DNA of 61,722 nt, filler included, from Dugesia japonica (Eukaryota), in assembly GCA_001938525.1 (NCBI GenBank). It is 5 parts of 5 records of this genome, joined end to end, with 100 filler letters (N's around TTAATTAATTAA, not from the genome) between each part and the next. Parts side by side here need not be neighbours in the genome. Positions count along the whole stretch, not along the records: positions 1 to 10,324 come from MQRL01549608.1; positions 10,425 to 25,372 come from MQRL01596441.1; 3 more parts are not named here. The stretch is one strand, 5' to 3'. Below, in pieces: positions 1 through 12,529 of this stretch; positions within the stretch are counted from its first letter, which is position 1; the number at the start of each line of letters is the position of its first letter. Both the position numbers and the translations under genes were made by a program. The notes beneath the pieces were generated by a model. The model was not told the DNA's origin, ran no database searches, and saw only the letters and a list, made by a program, of their open reading frames with translations.

Positions 1-49
1 TAATAGTAATAGTGTGGTGATAAAATCAGGAAAGGCTTTTTTCGCAACC

Positions 50-460
50 TCTTCAGATTTGAGCATTAATTTTTGTATCATAAGATCTAATCATCAATGC
101 TTCGCACATGATTGTTTCCCAATAATCTTTCAAACTTCTGCACAGAATTTTAAAATTATTAAAATGTTTAAAGCAATCGGAGTAAGGAATATTATATATC
201 TTATCCATTGTTACATTTTATAATTAGTATTATTTTATAATGAATATTACGAAGGAAGAAAACACTATTGTATCTAGAGTTACATAAAAAAAACTTTAAA
301 AAGCGTATATCTATGGAAAACTCATTTTGTGGAAGAACTTTTTCTTCAGACCAGTACATAGATGCTTTAGAATAAATATTCCAGCAGTTTTTTCTGGATA
401 TTTTGTTATTCTAAAAGAATAATTAAATGGTTTGAAAACTCATTTCAATTCCTTTTATTA
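50..460 (-). pseudogene. Possible degenerate GIY-YIG endonuclease C-terminus (Penelope-like retroelement relic)
   Basis: Minus-strand translation ...FNNFKILCRSLKDYWETIMCEALMIRSYDTKINAQI* resembles the PLE endonuclease C-terminal pattern NFxIL...ExLxI...LN; upstream AGIFILK may be a decayed GIY motif; frame is broken. Confidence 0.4.
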
Positions 461-530
461 TAGTCAAAACTTGAAAATAGTGACCAGCAATTTTCAATCA
501 AATATTTAAATCGAGACTAGATTATTGTCA

Positions 531-711
531 AGATTATTGACGAAGACAAGGTCGAAATATTGAATTGTTATCCAATATCAATAAAAAAANNNNNNNNNNN
601 NNNNNNNNNNNNNNNNNNNNNNNNNNNNNNNNNNNNNNNAAATGAATTCTATAAAACGATCAATGGTTATGTCCAACAATTATTCTCGCAATAATTGCAA
701 TTGTAAAAAAA
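531..711 (+). mobile_element. 5'-truncated copy of hammerhead-bearing Penelope-like non-coding element (subfamily A)
   Basis: 13-bp TSD TAGATTATTGTCA at 518-530 and 712-724; degenerate core TTGACGA-A-GAC-AAG-GTC-GAAA-TA-TT-GAAT starting at 537; shared tail GATCAATGGTTATGTCCAACAATTATTCTCGCAATAATTGCAATTGTAAA; contains an N gap. Confidence 0.8.
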
Positions 712-1127
712 TAGATTATTGTCATTTATTTATTTTATTTTTGTCTGTTATGAATGTCATATATTTAAAAGAAATCAAATAAATATTTCTATAGGTCACT
801 GGAGCAATAATTACAGTAATATTCAACAAGCTTAATTATTGTTTAAATGCATATTGATTCCGCTCAGTAATTAATGCAAAATGGGTCATATGGCATGAAT
901 ACGCTTCTAACCACAATGCCATTTAGACGAGTTCATGAGTTTTGAAAAATATAAATATATTTATAACTTTTTTATTATATTATTTAATTCTTGAAAGGAA
1001 TTTGAAATAATTCATCAAACTCCAGATCCAATATTCGCAACACATAGCTAGGTTAACGGGACTAGAAATGTAAATAATTTGTACATGATTTTAAAAAAAA
1101 ATTTATGTTTATCTGAATAAAACGTAC

Positions 1128-1279
1128 TTTTACTCTACCAACTGCTTCTTGTGCTTGAATCATTCTTGTATCTTTTGATGGTCTATTATCGGAAGTAAGT
1201 TGTGTGCTTCCTAAGTAATTGGCACGAAAAAGTAGTCCTTCAATTAATGTGGTCGGGTAATCAGGATGCCGAACTTTAA
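1128..1279 (-). CDS. lin-10: X11/Mint/LIN-10 (APBA family) adaptor, exon encoding start of the PTB domain; gene continues off the left edge
   Basis: [51 protein letters not shown] matches the X11 PTB motif LIxGxxFxAxYLGSTQL...RMxQAQEAVxRxK; AG acceptor at 1281-1280, GT donor at 1127-1126. Confidence 0.93.
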
Positions 1280-1729
1280 CTATTTGCAATTTATAGAAAC
1301 AATTTAATATATTAAATTATATAATAATAATATATTAATAACTGAGTCTTTTGTAACTTGGAATTATTATATTGATAAATTTTTCATTATTAGACACAAT
1401 TAAAGAAAAATGCCCACAGCATAAATAGAAAATCAATATTAGATAGAAATTTTAATGTAAAAAGTTATCCAAACTGATTAATAAACATAATTTTGAAAAT
1501 TAAATAATGAAATTTCTTTTTAAGTCANCAGATTTATATTATACTTACCAAAGATTTACAACCTATTATAATGATTTCTTTATAATAATTTCTTTACATT
1601 AATAAAAGTTATTTAAAAAATTTATAATTTTAATTTATTTTGAAAACTGCAATTATCATTTTAATTATAAAAAATTTTATGTCATAGAAATTTTTATTAT
1701 AAATATAGAAAATATAAAATTAAATCTAC

Positions 1730-1757
1730 CTTCTTTTCCTTTTCTTTTCTTTTCACA
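1730..1757 (-). CDS. Probable micro-exon of the X11/LIN-10 gene (CEKKRKGKE)
   Basis: ttttag|...|gtag boundaries; phase 0 in and phase 1 out, compatible with the flanking exons. Confidence 0.6.
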
Positions 1758-3456
1758 CTAAAAATATTTAAAAATACGTTAAAAATAAATTAAATATAAA
1801 TATTAAATAGTTCTTTACTACTGTGTGCTTTATTCTTTTAGATTAAGTGGCACTTATTTTATTTTGGTTTCTTACTTAGCAAAAAATCGAAATTTTGTAG
1901 CACTAGCATCCTACTAAGTAATTCACGGAAGAAACAATACGAAAGATCCATTGAGATCAACTAAGCTTTATGGAATTATGTGATAATGTAAATCTACCTT
2001 TCCAAATCAATTACTATCTTCCGTGAAACCATTCCATCCACAATAATTATAAGAATAGATATGCCAAAATTAAAAAATGAAATAAAAATTTCTAACCCAC
2101 TTTTTACAAAATATTTTTTACAGATTTTTTTGTTTATCAATCGGATTTCAGCATATAAAATACTAATAAAATTTTTGGAACAAGTGAAAGTGTCCGTAAA
2201 ATACAATTATGCTATCAATCACCCGTTCAGTTTGAATATATTGAAAAAATATAGATTTATCTCGAAATGTCACAATTGGCCGACGCATGACTTGTGGCAA
2301 TTAGAATTGACTAAGCACAAAATAGGATATAAGGAACTGACTAAAAATTAAATATATCTAACAGTAATACCATCATTCAAACCACCGTCACACAAACAAA
2401 CAAATTAATAAAGAAACTGAAACTAACTCCTATTTACAAGTTAATTAGAGTAGCATTATAAGGGTCCCATTTTCATAAAATAATTATGCTAATAAATAAT
2501 AGTTATTAAGAGAATTTACAATTCAAACTTAATTCATTAAAACAAATTGATTCTTATTATATTCAAAACCTTATCTGAACTTTGCAATTTTCTATCTATT
2601 ATTAATTATTTAAACAAATTTTTAACGCCTTTAAAAATTTAAAATACTAAAATATTTTAAAATATATTTATGGAAAATTTTCAAAAAATATTCTAAATTT
2701 ATAATTAATTTTTCCAAAATATATTTACAATATTTTTTTATTAAAATATAAAACAATTAGAAAATTCTAAAGGCATTTCCTTATAATTATAAATTGGTGT
2801 TTGTTGGAAGTATATTTTTTGTTTGTTATTTGTAATATCTTATTTGTAATCTGTTACTTGTAATATATGATTTGTAATGCTATTTTATATTAATATTTAT
2901 AATATTATTTCATCTTTTAAATTCATTAAATAATCTATTTTACTATAATTACACCACCTTTTTTATTTNNNNNNNNNNNNNNNNNNNNNNNNNNNNNNNN
3001 NNNNNNNNNNNNNNNNNNNNNNNNNNNNNNNNNNNNNNNNNNNNNNNNNNNNNNNAATTGATTTATTCCAAATTGAAAGTGTTTAGTTTTTATGATAAAC
3101 TTATACCTCAACATCTTGTTACTTGAATTTTTATTTTTTAAAATTGAATTTTTAGTCCGACAATAATTTATTTTAAAATATTTTAAGTAATAATGAATTC
3201 TCTAAGATGAAAGTTATTAACTAAACTTAATCAGTATTGTTAATTGTTTTAATCTAAATATTTCAACGACTTAAAATGAATTGAAATATTCTCTTAGAAA
3301 TATTGAACTAGTTTCTCATTATTTCTTATCAACAAATAAGAATTCATATTGATATTTTTCAGAACAAACAATATGTTAATTTATCAAGAAATATACAATA
3401 TTTTACTGATGAAACAATTCAAAATATTTTTTATATACTTAACTGAAACATTTATT

Positions 3457-3477
3457 AATAACAATAATAATATTAAA

Positions 3478-3523
<46 letters not shown>
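3457..3523. repeat. (AAT)n microsatellite running into a gap
   Basis: Direct reading. Confidence 0.95.
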
Positions 3524-4234
3524 NNNNNNNNNNNNNNNNNNNNNNNNNNNNNNNNNNNNNNNNNNNNNNNNNNAATTACAGAATTAATCATTTAAATTAA
3601 TCATTATTAATAATTTAATAGGTTAAAATTAATAAATCAATATTCCAACTTATTGACTTTAAAAAATAATTTTTAAAGCGTCACCAATAGATTTATTTTA
3701 TTATCTGACATCGAGCAACAACTAAAAGAATTCGAATTACAAATTAATATTGTATAAATAAATATATTAAAGGTTCTGTCAATGGTTAAACAAATATTAT
3801 TTTCCTTTTCAAAAATTTTAGACCAAAAGAATNNNNNNNNNNNNNNNNNNNNNNNNNNNNNNNNNNNNNNNNNNNNNNNNNNNNNNNNNNNNNNNNNNNN
3901 NNNNNNNNNNNNNNNNNNNNNNNNNNNNNNNNNNNNNNNNNNNNNNNNNNNNNNNNNNNNNCCTCACACTAATATTCTTGTCAATAGCAAAAGTTCTCAA
4001 CTTTAAAAAACACGATATTCTTAAACCACGCGAAAATTTTTATATCTATATAAAACCGAAGTACGTGCAATTTCAATACCATTATGTTTACAGTTTGAAT
4101 CTATTAAAAATTGCTGCAGGTTTTCACCCTAAAAGATTCCCTAAACATAGAAGAAATACAAAATCCTGAAAGAATTGCGATTAGAACATTATTCGTACCA
4201 TTAAAAAAAATAAAATAATTAAACTATTTCATAC

Positions 4235-4335
4235 TTCAAGGTGTTTATTTTCCTTCAGTTCAGGAATTTCCATCTTTTCATTTCGTTCATACTGTTTCAT
4301 TAATAGCTTATCTGTATCTTCGTCACTTTCATATT
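4235..4335 (-). CDS. Probable upstream exon of the X11/LIN-10 gene (EYESDEDTDKLLMKQYERNEKMEIPELKENKHLE)
   Basis: Open frame bounded by ttcag| and |gtatga; higher GC than flanks; phase-compatible with neighbouring exons. Confidence 0.65.
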
Positions 4336-5293
4336 CTGAAATCCAAAAATTTAAAAATGTATTAAAAATTATAAATTATTATTACAATAAAGTACCATTT
4401 AATATATTTATGTCTTTTGATTATTTATTTTGTGCATTATTTAACCATCTTATATTTGAATATATTGAATGATACTTTACTGTAATAATTAAATTAAACT
4501 AATTGACGATATTCAATTTAGACAACAAATATAAAAATGAGATAAAATTTACATAAATTATATTAAAATAAAAAATGATTTAAAAATTTAATTAGAGGAA
4601 ACATTTTGTTTACTAACTTAAATTTAACCAATAACACAACATTTACTTATACAGCTAAAATATATTAATTTAGTAGCTTTCAGTATTAGTTTTTATAAAA
4701 TCGATATATATATATATATATATATATATGAATTTACGAGAATTTTTAGCGAAAGTATAAATTGAATAATGTAACTTATGTTAAAAGAAAATTATAAATT
4801 TATATTTTTAACTCTTATTTGTTGCAATTAAAGATTAGTTAATTTTTAACCTTTAAACTTTAAATGAAGCTTTCTTTAAGTGTTCACTATTTAGAGAAAG
4901 TATACACAAATTCATATGTACAATTTCACTGATTAAATTAGTGAATGTATACATCATCTGAATGAACACTATTTATAACATAAATTACTATTTTGTTAAA
5001 TTTCATTATTTTAAAATAATTTTTAATTCTTCCTTGTCCTTAAAATATTGTTAGAAATCAACACCAGTAATTTTCAGATAAACTTGTAATAGTTAAAAAT
5101 GTACACATTAAAAAATATTTAAAGTCAATGAATTCCTGAAAATTTAGAAAGTTTTGAAAATTACTAATTAAAATCTGTGCTTCATTTCTAATACAACTTA
5201 ATAAAATTTGATAAGATACTTAAGTCATAAATTGATGAAATTTTTAAGTAAAATTGATTTTTCTAAAGATTCGATTTAAAAATTGATTGCTTG

Positions 5294-5697
5294 CAGTGTC
5301 GGTTTTAGGGGGTTGTAAAACGTAACGGCGACCCAGGATCTCAAATGAACTAGGGGTACCTAAGGCGGCTTAACTTGCTTAGAATAGTTTTTTAATATTA
5401 TCATAAATAATATTTATACACAAGAAACACAATCGCCCTTTCATATTTCAACATTCATATCATATAAAAATAATTTTGTAGTTTAAACTTGTTTTAGTAT
5501 TTATCGCGAAGCATTTTGCGAAATATTTCAAGTGAATGCGCGCTCTTTCTTTGGCAATAATACAGCACACATTTCCATACCTTCTTGAACGACGAATGGC
5601 GTATAGGAAAAGTAAATGTTTTTTCATTTAATATCAATTATAGGGAGTACCTTAATAAATTTTGCCATAAGGTACGACAGGGCTAAAACCGACACTG
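5294..5697. mobile_element. hAT-type MITE
   Basis: Perfect 15-bp TIR CAGTGTCGGTTTTAG / CTAAAACCGACACTG; 8-bp TSD ATTGCTTG / ATTGCTTT. Confidence 0.85.
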
Positions 5698-6198
5698 ATT
5701 GCTTTGATTTTATAAATTAATGAAAATTTATAAGATCATTTTTTTTCTTAATAGAAGCACAAAGAATATATATCTGTCTGAAATCATAACAAGTATCCAA
5801 TTAAAACAAATACATTTGAAAATTATAATCTAAAATTAGACTTGGCACTAATACGAAACTGATAGGAATATTGATATTTAAAATATTTCCACTGATATAA
5901 ATTTTAATATTGGCTTTAATATTATATATTTATACAAATTATGCATTAATATAAATTATTTATCTACGTATCGATACTAAATATGAGAGTTATGTTTAAC
6001 CATAAAATCTTGAAGTTGTATAATCAAGAAGAAATTTCCAGTTACATTACAATCAAATGAAGTCTTTGCGGTAAATATTTACTCAGTAAATGTGATATTT
6101 CTCGATATTGACCAATAATTAAATATTTTGAAATTCTATATTTATTAAAATGTGATGAAAATTAATATTATTTAATACCATAACCATATTAGATATTA

Positions 6199-7364
6199 CA
6201 GAGTATTTCATTTTTATATTAACATAGTTGCAATATTATATTAACATTATTTCAATATTATATTGACATAATTTCATTTTTATATTAAGACTTATTTTTA
6301 AACCTAAAATATTTGTTATTATGATAAGCCGAAGAAAAACAAGAAAAGCAGTAACAAAATGAACATGAAATAATTAAAAATATGCTAGGTGATGAAAATA
6401 ACACTTTTGCATATATATCCAAATCTGTTAATCTTTGTAGGCAGTGTTTATAAAATTGCTGAACATATAAAAAAGGAGATGATTTTATTTCTGTTCCAAA
6501 AATATTAAGAGAATTAATAAAACAATAAAACTCACAATTTAATTATTACGGTGCTTTCTAGTAATACATTGACAAAGTGAAATACGAGAAAGCTTGGAAA
6601 GATTGCATGAAATTAAAAAATCTATTTCATTTATCAACAGAACAATTAAAAATTAGAATTTCTAGAAAAAGATTGAAAGAAACTCAGAAACAAATTTGGC
6701 AGATCGTCTTCAATTTGCAGAACTCTCGAGGGTCAGCACAATGAATATTGTTTACCTTGATGAAACTTGTATAAACAAGCATAAATTCAGAAAATATTGA
6801 TATTATCTTAAAAATTACAAAGCTTATCGTACAGTACCTACAAATAAAGGTATTAATACTAGTTCATTGGTAGCTATAAATTGTTATGGTGTTGGTTTTA
6901 AAATTAAATCGCGTCTTTTTAATAGTGAAGATTTCAAAGATTTGGATGAGACGATTAATTATGTGCTTTAGAAGCAATCAAAATAATATTTTAATAATGG
7001 ATAAAGAAACAACTCACCTAAACCCAAATAAATAGAGATATTTCATCTCAAACCATATATGTTATAAGTATCTTTCATCATATTCTCCTCAGCTAAATCC
7101 AATTAAGGAAGTTTTTACAATATTTAAAAGTTAATATTGTGCAAGAAAGGGGGAATTCGAATAGATAGAAGAATGTATAAGAGTTGTTTTAAAAGACGAT
7201 TTTAGTGTTGAATGTAAAAAAATGTTATTTAAATATGATTGGTTGATTGGAAAAGGCCCAAAATAAAATATCTTAAAAATATATGTTTATAATTAATTTC
7301 TTTTTATTTAATTTTATGTTAATATAATATTGCAATCATGTTAATATAAAAATTAAATATCCGG
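6199..7364 (+). mobile_element. Decayed IS630/Tc1-mariner (DDE_3-type) DNA transposon
   Basis: ~50-bp imperfect TIRs flanked by TA; broken transposase with IVYLDET, ILIMD and YSPQLNPIKEVF motifs. Confidence 0.85.
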
Positions 7365-8071
7365 TAAAAGATTCGCTTAAATCAGAAAATTAGCAGTTCT
7401 CCAGAAAAATATTTAGAATTAAATTAATAAATATTGGATATTTTTACAAATATTTCTTTGCTATTTTGATGTAACCCAAATTTATTCAGACATAAAATTC
7501 AAATATTTTTAGTAGTTAAAATTTAACATTTAGTGTTAATTAATTTTGACATTGATGTAGTCAAGCATTATTTAATGATTTTCGAAAGATATTTAATTAT
7601 TTTTTCATTAGACATTTGACTAAAAATTTAATATTTTGTATAAAATATTTTTTTAAATAATTTATTTAAATTTTTTGTTTTTGATCCAATATATTATCCA
7701 ATTTAATTCTTTATTTCTACTTTTTAATAATCAAAAGTAGATTGTCTAACTAATTTTCTCTATTACTAAAAATCATAATTCTAATGTTATTGCAATTTTA
7801 TTTTTCATTTTTTTAATCAGTTTTATTATACCGCACTGATTATTAGTAAAATTGAGATTTCAGATTCGAAATTCCAAGAAAGGTTATATTAATGCATAAC
7901 TATGTAAAAATAAAAACATCAAGCATGCAAGTACTTATTAATAATTAAGTAATCGTCAGTTTGGGTAATTTTATTAAAATTAGTAAATAGTTAATTGATA
8001 AGGATATTTAAAACATCAACAACTATAACACAGGGTGAAACTAAATTATTTGCACAGACGACTTGCTGTAC

Positions 8072-8488
8072 CTCCTGTCGGCTTGGATTTATGATTTTCA
8101 ATGTCGCAATATTTTTGATCTGAGACTGGAAATTCTGATGACGTTTGAAATTTATATTCTTTAGGGAAAAAAAGAATTTCATTTTTAGACGTTATGTTTA
8201 TTTGATTATTTATATTCAAAGATTGTTCATTTTGAAAATTTTTCTCATCATCATTATCTGAACTACTGGAACTATAAATAGTATGACTAGCGATTGGAAA
8301 AGTCCAATGTTGTGCTTCTAATGCTTCATTGTCAATATTTTTCTTATTATGACAAAAAACATTAAGCTTATCACCTTTTTTAGGACATTTAGTGTCTGAA
8401 ATTTTAGTTTTCCTCCCAACTTTGTTAGAGGTAGCACAAAATTTGAAAAAATTATTGTCTTTTTCTTCGTTTGCGATTACAGGTAAGA
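8072..8488 (-). CDS. Probable large N-terminal exon of the X11/LIN-10 gene (low-complexity region)
   Basis: Part of ORF 8046-8561 bounded by tagcag| and G|gtacag; same strand and phase-compatible with exon 4235-4335; no recognisable domain. Confidence 0.5.
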
Positions 8489-9148
8489 CTGCTAAATAAT
8501 ATCCAAAACATTTAACCAAAATTAATAGATTTATAATAAATATAAAATCAATGTTTAACAAAAATTAAATTAAATTATAAACTATGATAGTTAGAAAACA
8601 AATATGTTTGGTGATAAAATACATTTATTCTCCAATTTACATGAAAGAAACTATCCTTCAAAATACCGTGTAAATCGATGTTTAAATCAGTTTAAATCGT
8701 TTAAATCACAAACTAATGAAAATACGCATATATACTAATGATATAATTCGAATTGTTATTGCAACGTAAAAATTAATATACATTTTAAGAGAATAGCTAA
8801 AAGTTTTTAAAATTTATTAAATTTTTTTTACAAAAAAAACAAAAAATTGAAATTAAAAAAAATTTTAAATTTTAGAAATTATTTTAGATTGAAAAATTTT
8901 AAATATCAAATTTAATCCGTTTAAAAAATATCAAATAAAACCGTATTTAGTTTTCATTTTTCAGTCAAATAATTTTATTGATTTAATAAATGGATCAGAT
9001 TTTAATAATCAAGCGCCAGTGAAGATTTTCCATATCACACTTTATTAACGAATCAACTTATTTATAAAACTATATCGAATTCATTCATATATTAAATTAT
9101 GACTGTATAAAGCTCTATATGCTAATATTATCAGATAAATGAACTCTT

Positions 9149-9255
9149 TCATTAAAATAAGATAAAACTTCGATCGAAGCTTTATCTTATTTTAATGAAA
9201 TCTCAAATGCGATCAATGGTTAAGTCCAACAATTATTCTCACAATAATTGTAATT
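9149..9255 (+). mobile_element. Minimal fold-back copy of the Penelope-like non-coding element (subfamily B)
   Basis: 14-bp TSD ATAAATGAACTCTT at 9135-9148 and 9256-9269; near-perfect palindrome TTTCATTAAAATAAGATAAAACTTCGA|TCGAAGCTTTATCTTATTTTAATGAAA followed by the shared tail. Confidence 0.85.
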
Positions 9256-10324
9256 ATAAATGAACTCTTCTTTAACGGGTTATAGTTAAAAAAAAAGCAT
9301 AAAATTAATGTGATTTATTAATGAGTAAAAACTAATTTTTATTGAGGTATTTTTATGTGATAATTCAAGTTCTAAGAGAAGAAATATAGTAAAATCTCTT
9401 TAAAATATCACCTCATTAAATATTCGAGTGTTTTTTTGAAAATCGTGTAAAAGCGGAAATGTGTCAATAAAATACCGAGTTCATTGAAAGATGTGTGTTA
9501 AAAATATTACTAATTTAATAACTTTATGAATTGTTAAAGTGTAATGAATTTTGAAATAGGAGATTTTCTTTTAATTTTAATCTATGAAATTTCAATTAAA
9601 TTAAAATTTAGTGAAATTGATTGTAAATACAAACCCAAAAATACAGGTGAAATATTAACACAAAAGCGGCAAATTTAAATTTAATTTTTTACATATTTTA
9701 TTTTAAAAAAAATTATACGCATCTGAGTTGATATCCGGTTTATGAGTCAAGAAATTAATTAAAACAGGTCTAAATTTCTTATTGATAATAAAAATTTAGT
9801 TTTTTGGAGAGAAAATATGTGAAATTCAATTTTAATATCTTTAAGAAAATCGAAATAATAATTATGAACAAATTTATAAACATAATATATAGAAATTTTT
9901 ATGAAATAAAGGAAATAATCAATTTTAACACACAAACATAATACATAAAGTTTAGACAAATTACAATAAAAAGATGATTTATAACAAATAAGATATTATA
10001 TATACATATATAACAAAAATATGTAACGAAAATAAAATAACAAAAGAAGTAGAATAAGACGAAATTATTGGCAATAATGAATTCAATTTTAAGTAATAAT
10101 GAAAATGAGATTAACAGTTATATTCTATTTACAGGGATAAAACTTTTTAAATAAATTTCAATTTATTTATTTATGACATTGGCTGTCCATTAATTATGTT
10201 AACAATTTTCGTGCAATTTTTAACACCTCCTCTCACTTTGTTAACTATCAAATTTTCAGTGACCCTCCTTATACAATTATATCAACAAATATATAGTCGG
10301 ACTGAGTGAAAAACAAAACAATAT

Positions 10325-10424
10325 NNNNNNNNNNNNNNNNNNNNNNNNNNNNNNNNNNNNNNNNNNNNTTAATTAATTAANNNNNNNNNNNNNNNNNNNN
10401 NNNNNNNNNNNNNNNNNNNNNNNN
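10325..10424. other. Artificial scaffold-concatenation linker
   Basis: N44-TTAATTAATTAA-N44 (stops in all six frames), identical at four positions. Confidence 0.97.
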
Positions 10425-10517
10425 TTTCATCAATAAACTAATAACTCACGCAATTGCTGATTTGCTTTGGCAACAATCCCCAAAGCATCTCAACACTTCT
10501 ATTAACACTTGGTTTTC

Positions 10518-11444
10518 TTAATTTATCATTGGTTTAAAATTATAGATGGCTCCGATGAGTTCGGCTGTTTTGGTTGAAATTAATTGCTTATTTTCACTTA
10601 TCACTTTGATGATCTCCTGGATTTTATTTACCCAATATATTTCTGCTTCCACTTTTTTGGTTATCACCCCGGTTTTTATATCCATAATTTCTTTAGTTAA
10701 GCAATTTTGGCCTTGATCATCCAGAATGTTACGGTCTTTTTCCGGATTTGTATTAACGTGATTCACTTCTTCCATTTTCTGGCTTAATTGCAACATGCTT
10801 ATTGTTTCTAGTCTTGGTTTTTCTATTTCAATTTGAAATGTATTAAAATCCAATTTTGTCCTAATTAACAGTTTTGGCATTAAGTCGGTCCCTAGTCCTG
10901 CATCCACATTAGTTTTCATTACAAGGAATTGGTGCTTTATTATTTTTCCTTGGAGTTGTGCATTGCATTCTAATGTTCCAATGATCTGCACGGTTTCCCC
11001 GTTAATCCCTGTTGCTCTGGTTGTATAAAATATTTTTTCTTTCCTCTTGTTTTGGGATATATTTTTTATATTCAACACTGATCGCGATGCTCCTGTATCC
11101 AACAGTGTTTTCATTGTTCGGTTGTTAATTCGTATTATTAGTGACAGGCTAAATCCGCCATTCTGTGTTTCTATTACTGCTATATGCTCATTCTGTTCCT
11201 CTTCATTAGGTTCCGTATTTATTTTCTCTTCCGGAGTTATTTTATCCTCATTTTGTATGATGGCTTCTGGTGCGTTTTCTCCCGCATTGAGTTTCAGTTT
11301 AGCTAGGGCTTCTCTTAGTCGAGTGATTTTTTGTTGATTATTTTTCATTTGTTTACGTAACTGGTAGTTTTCTTCGGATAGTGTTCTTGTTACCTCTTTA
11401 TTCCTTGTATTATCATCATCTTTATCTCGTCTTATTTGGTACAA
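10518..11444 (-). CDS. Retropepsin (aspartic protease) ORF of a Ty3/gypsy-like element
   Basis: IRINNRTMKTLLDTGASRSVL ... TGINGETVQIIG ... DAGLGTDLM: DTG active site, flap and G-x-D motifs. Confidence 0.88.
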   Translation of the reverse strand: MYQIRRDKDDDNTRNKEVTRTLSEENYQLRKQMKNNQQKITRLREALAKLKLNAGENAPEAIIQNEDKITPEEKINTEPNEEEQNEHIAVIETQNGGFSLSLIIRINNRTMKTLLDTGASRSVLNIKNISQNKRKEKIFYTTRATGINGETVQIIGTLECNAQLQGKIIKHQFLVMKTNVDAGLGTDLMPKLLIRTKLDFNTFQIEIEKPRLETISMLQLSQKMEEVNHVNTNPEKDRNILDDQGQNCLTKEIMDIKTGVITKKVEAEIYWVNKIQEIIKVISENKQLISTKTAELIGAIYNFKPMIN

Positions 11445-11498
11445 TTTTTTATATTTAACTGGAAAACAATTTTCCTCGTAATTACGACTTCTTTCGAC

Positions 11499-12313
11499 TT
11501 AAGTTACATTCCTTGGTCTTAAAATGTCTATTCTCTGTTGATATAATCTTGCAATATAACCCTGCTTTCCACAGACATAACATACCCTATTTTTTGTTTG
11601 ACAATCTTTAGCTTGGTGTCCTCGTTTGTTGCAATTGTAACACTTTTGTACTCGTTGGGCCTTNNNNNNNNNNNNNNNNNNNNNNNNNNNNNNNNNNNNN
11701 NNNNNNNNNNNNNNNNNNNNNNNNNNNNNNNNNNNGCTTTGGTTTATAATTTGTTGGTTATGAGTTTCGTTAACTTCGTTATCGTCTCTTGAACTTTGAT
11801 CCTCTTCTGCTTTGATTCTTTTAAGTTGGCATCTCTCTTCTGGGTGCCCCTTGTTTCCGCATTTGCTACAATATCTTTGCCAGCATTTATCTATGGTGTG
11901 ATTTTGCCGACCGCGAATGCTGCAAAATAAATAGATGATTGTACACTGCTTGGTATTGTGGTGAGTTCTTCGACAATTCTGGCATTTATTTTGTTTGTAT
12001 ATTGTTCCTTGACCAACGGTTTCCTTTCCGATAATTAGTCTTTGTTCTGCCAATACTTCACTCATTGCTTCTGCTTCTAATATAGAGGTTTACTTGAAAC
12101 CACGTAACCTTTTATTAATGGGTCTCGTAAACCCAATCCAAAATATTCTATTATTCTTTGCTCATCTGTTATATTTGCAACTTTTGCCCACTCCTTTATT
12201 GTGGCCGCGAATTCTTGATAAGTTTCGTTCTTTTTTTGTTTCCTTTTCCTAATTTGTTGAAATGCACCCCACCAACATGCGTACTCTCTACCCTTTGCTT
12301 CTGTCTCCTCCAA
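11499..12313 (-). pseudogene. Gag module 2: capsid C-terminal-like segment plus about five CCHC zinc knuckles (frameshifted)
   Basis: RKQKKNETYQEFAATIKEWA...IIEYFGLGLRD; CSKCGNKGHPEERC, CYNCNKRGHQAKDC, CYVCGKQGYIARL and two degenerate knuckles. Confidence 0.85.
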
Positions 12314-12529
12314 TTTCTTCCTGATTTATGATGATCCCGTTAGTTTTGCAAGATGATTGATTATTTCCTCCTACTGTAACAAAAATTGTTGGTTCAATAA
12401 CCCCTTTCGGCGGTTCTTCAGAATTTATGCTCAACATGTACAATCTTTTCTCTCACCTATCCGTGGTTTCTTTTGTACATATTTTTAGCTTTCTGTTTAC
12501 CCAACGCACTTCTTCTCCTTCTTTCATGT

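Noticed and set aside
4396-4479. Candidate extra X11 exon with AG/GT boundaries
   Set aside because: The only phase-compatible frame contains a TAA; cannot be supported without transcripts.
8135-8150. CTGATGA...GAAA hammerhead-like words
   Set aside because: Only CGTTT lies between the boxes, so no stem II can form; it sits antisense within a probable coding exon.
10369-10380. TTAATTAATTAA as a biological motif
   Set aside because: Always centred in exactly 44+44 Ns; artificial linker.
11047-11337. Plus-strand ORF opposite the protease (and similar antisense ORFs at 21026, 21443, 24250, 33386, 60207)
   Set aside because: Antisense shadows of transposon or viral coding sequence.
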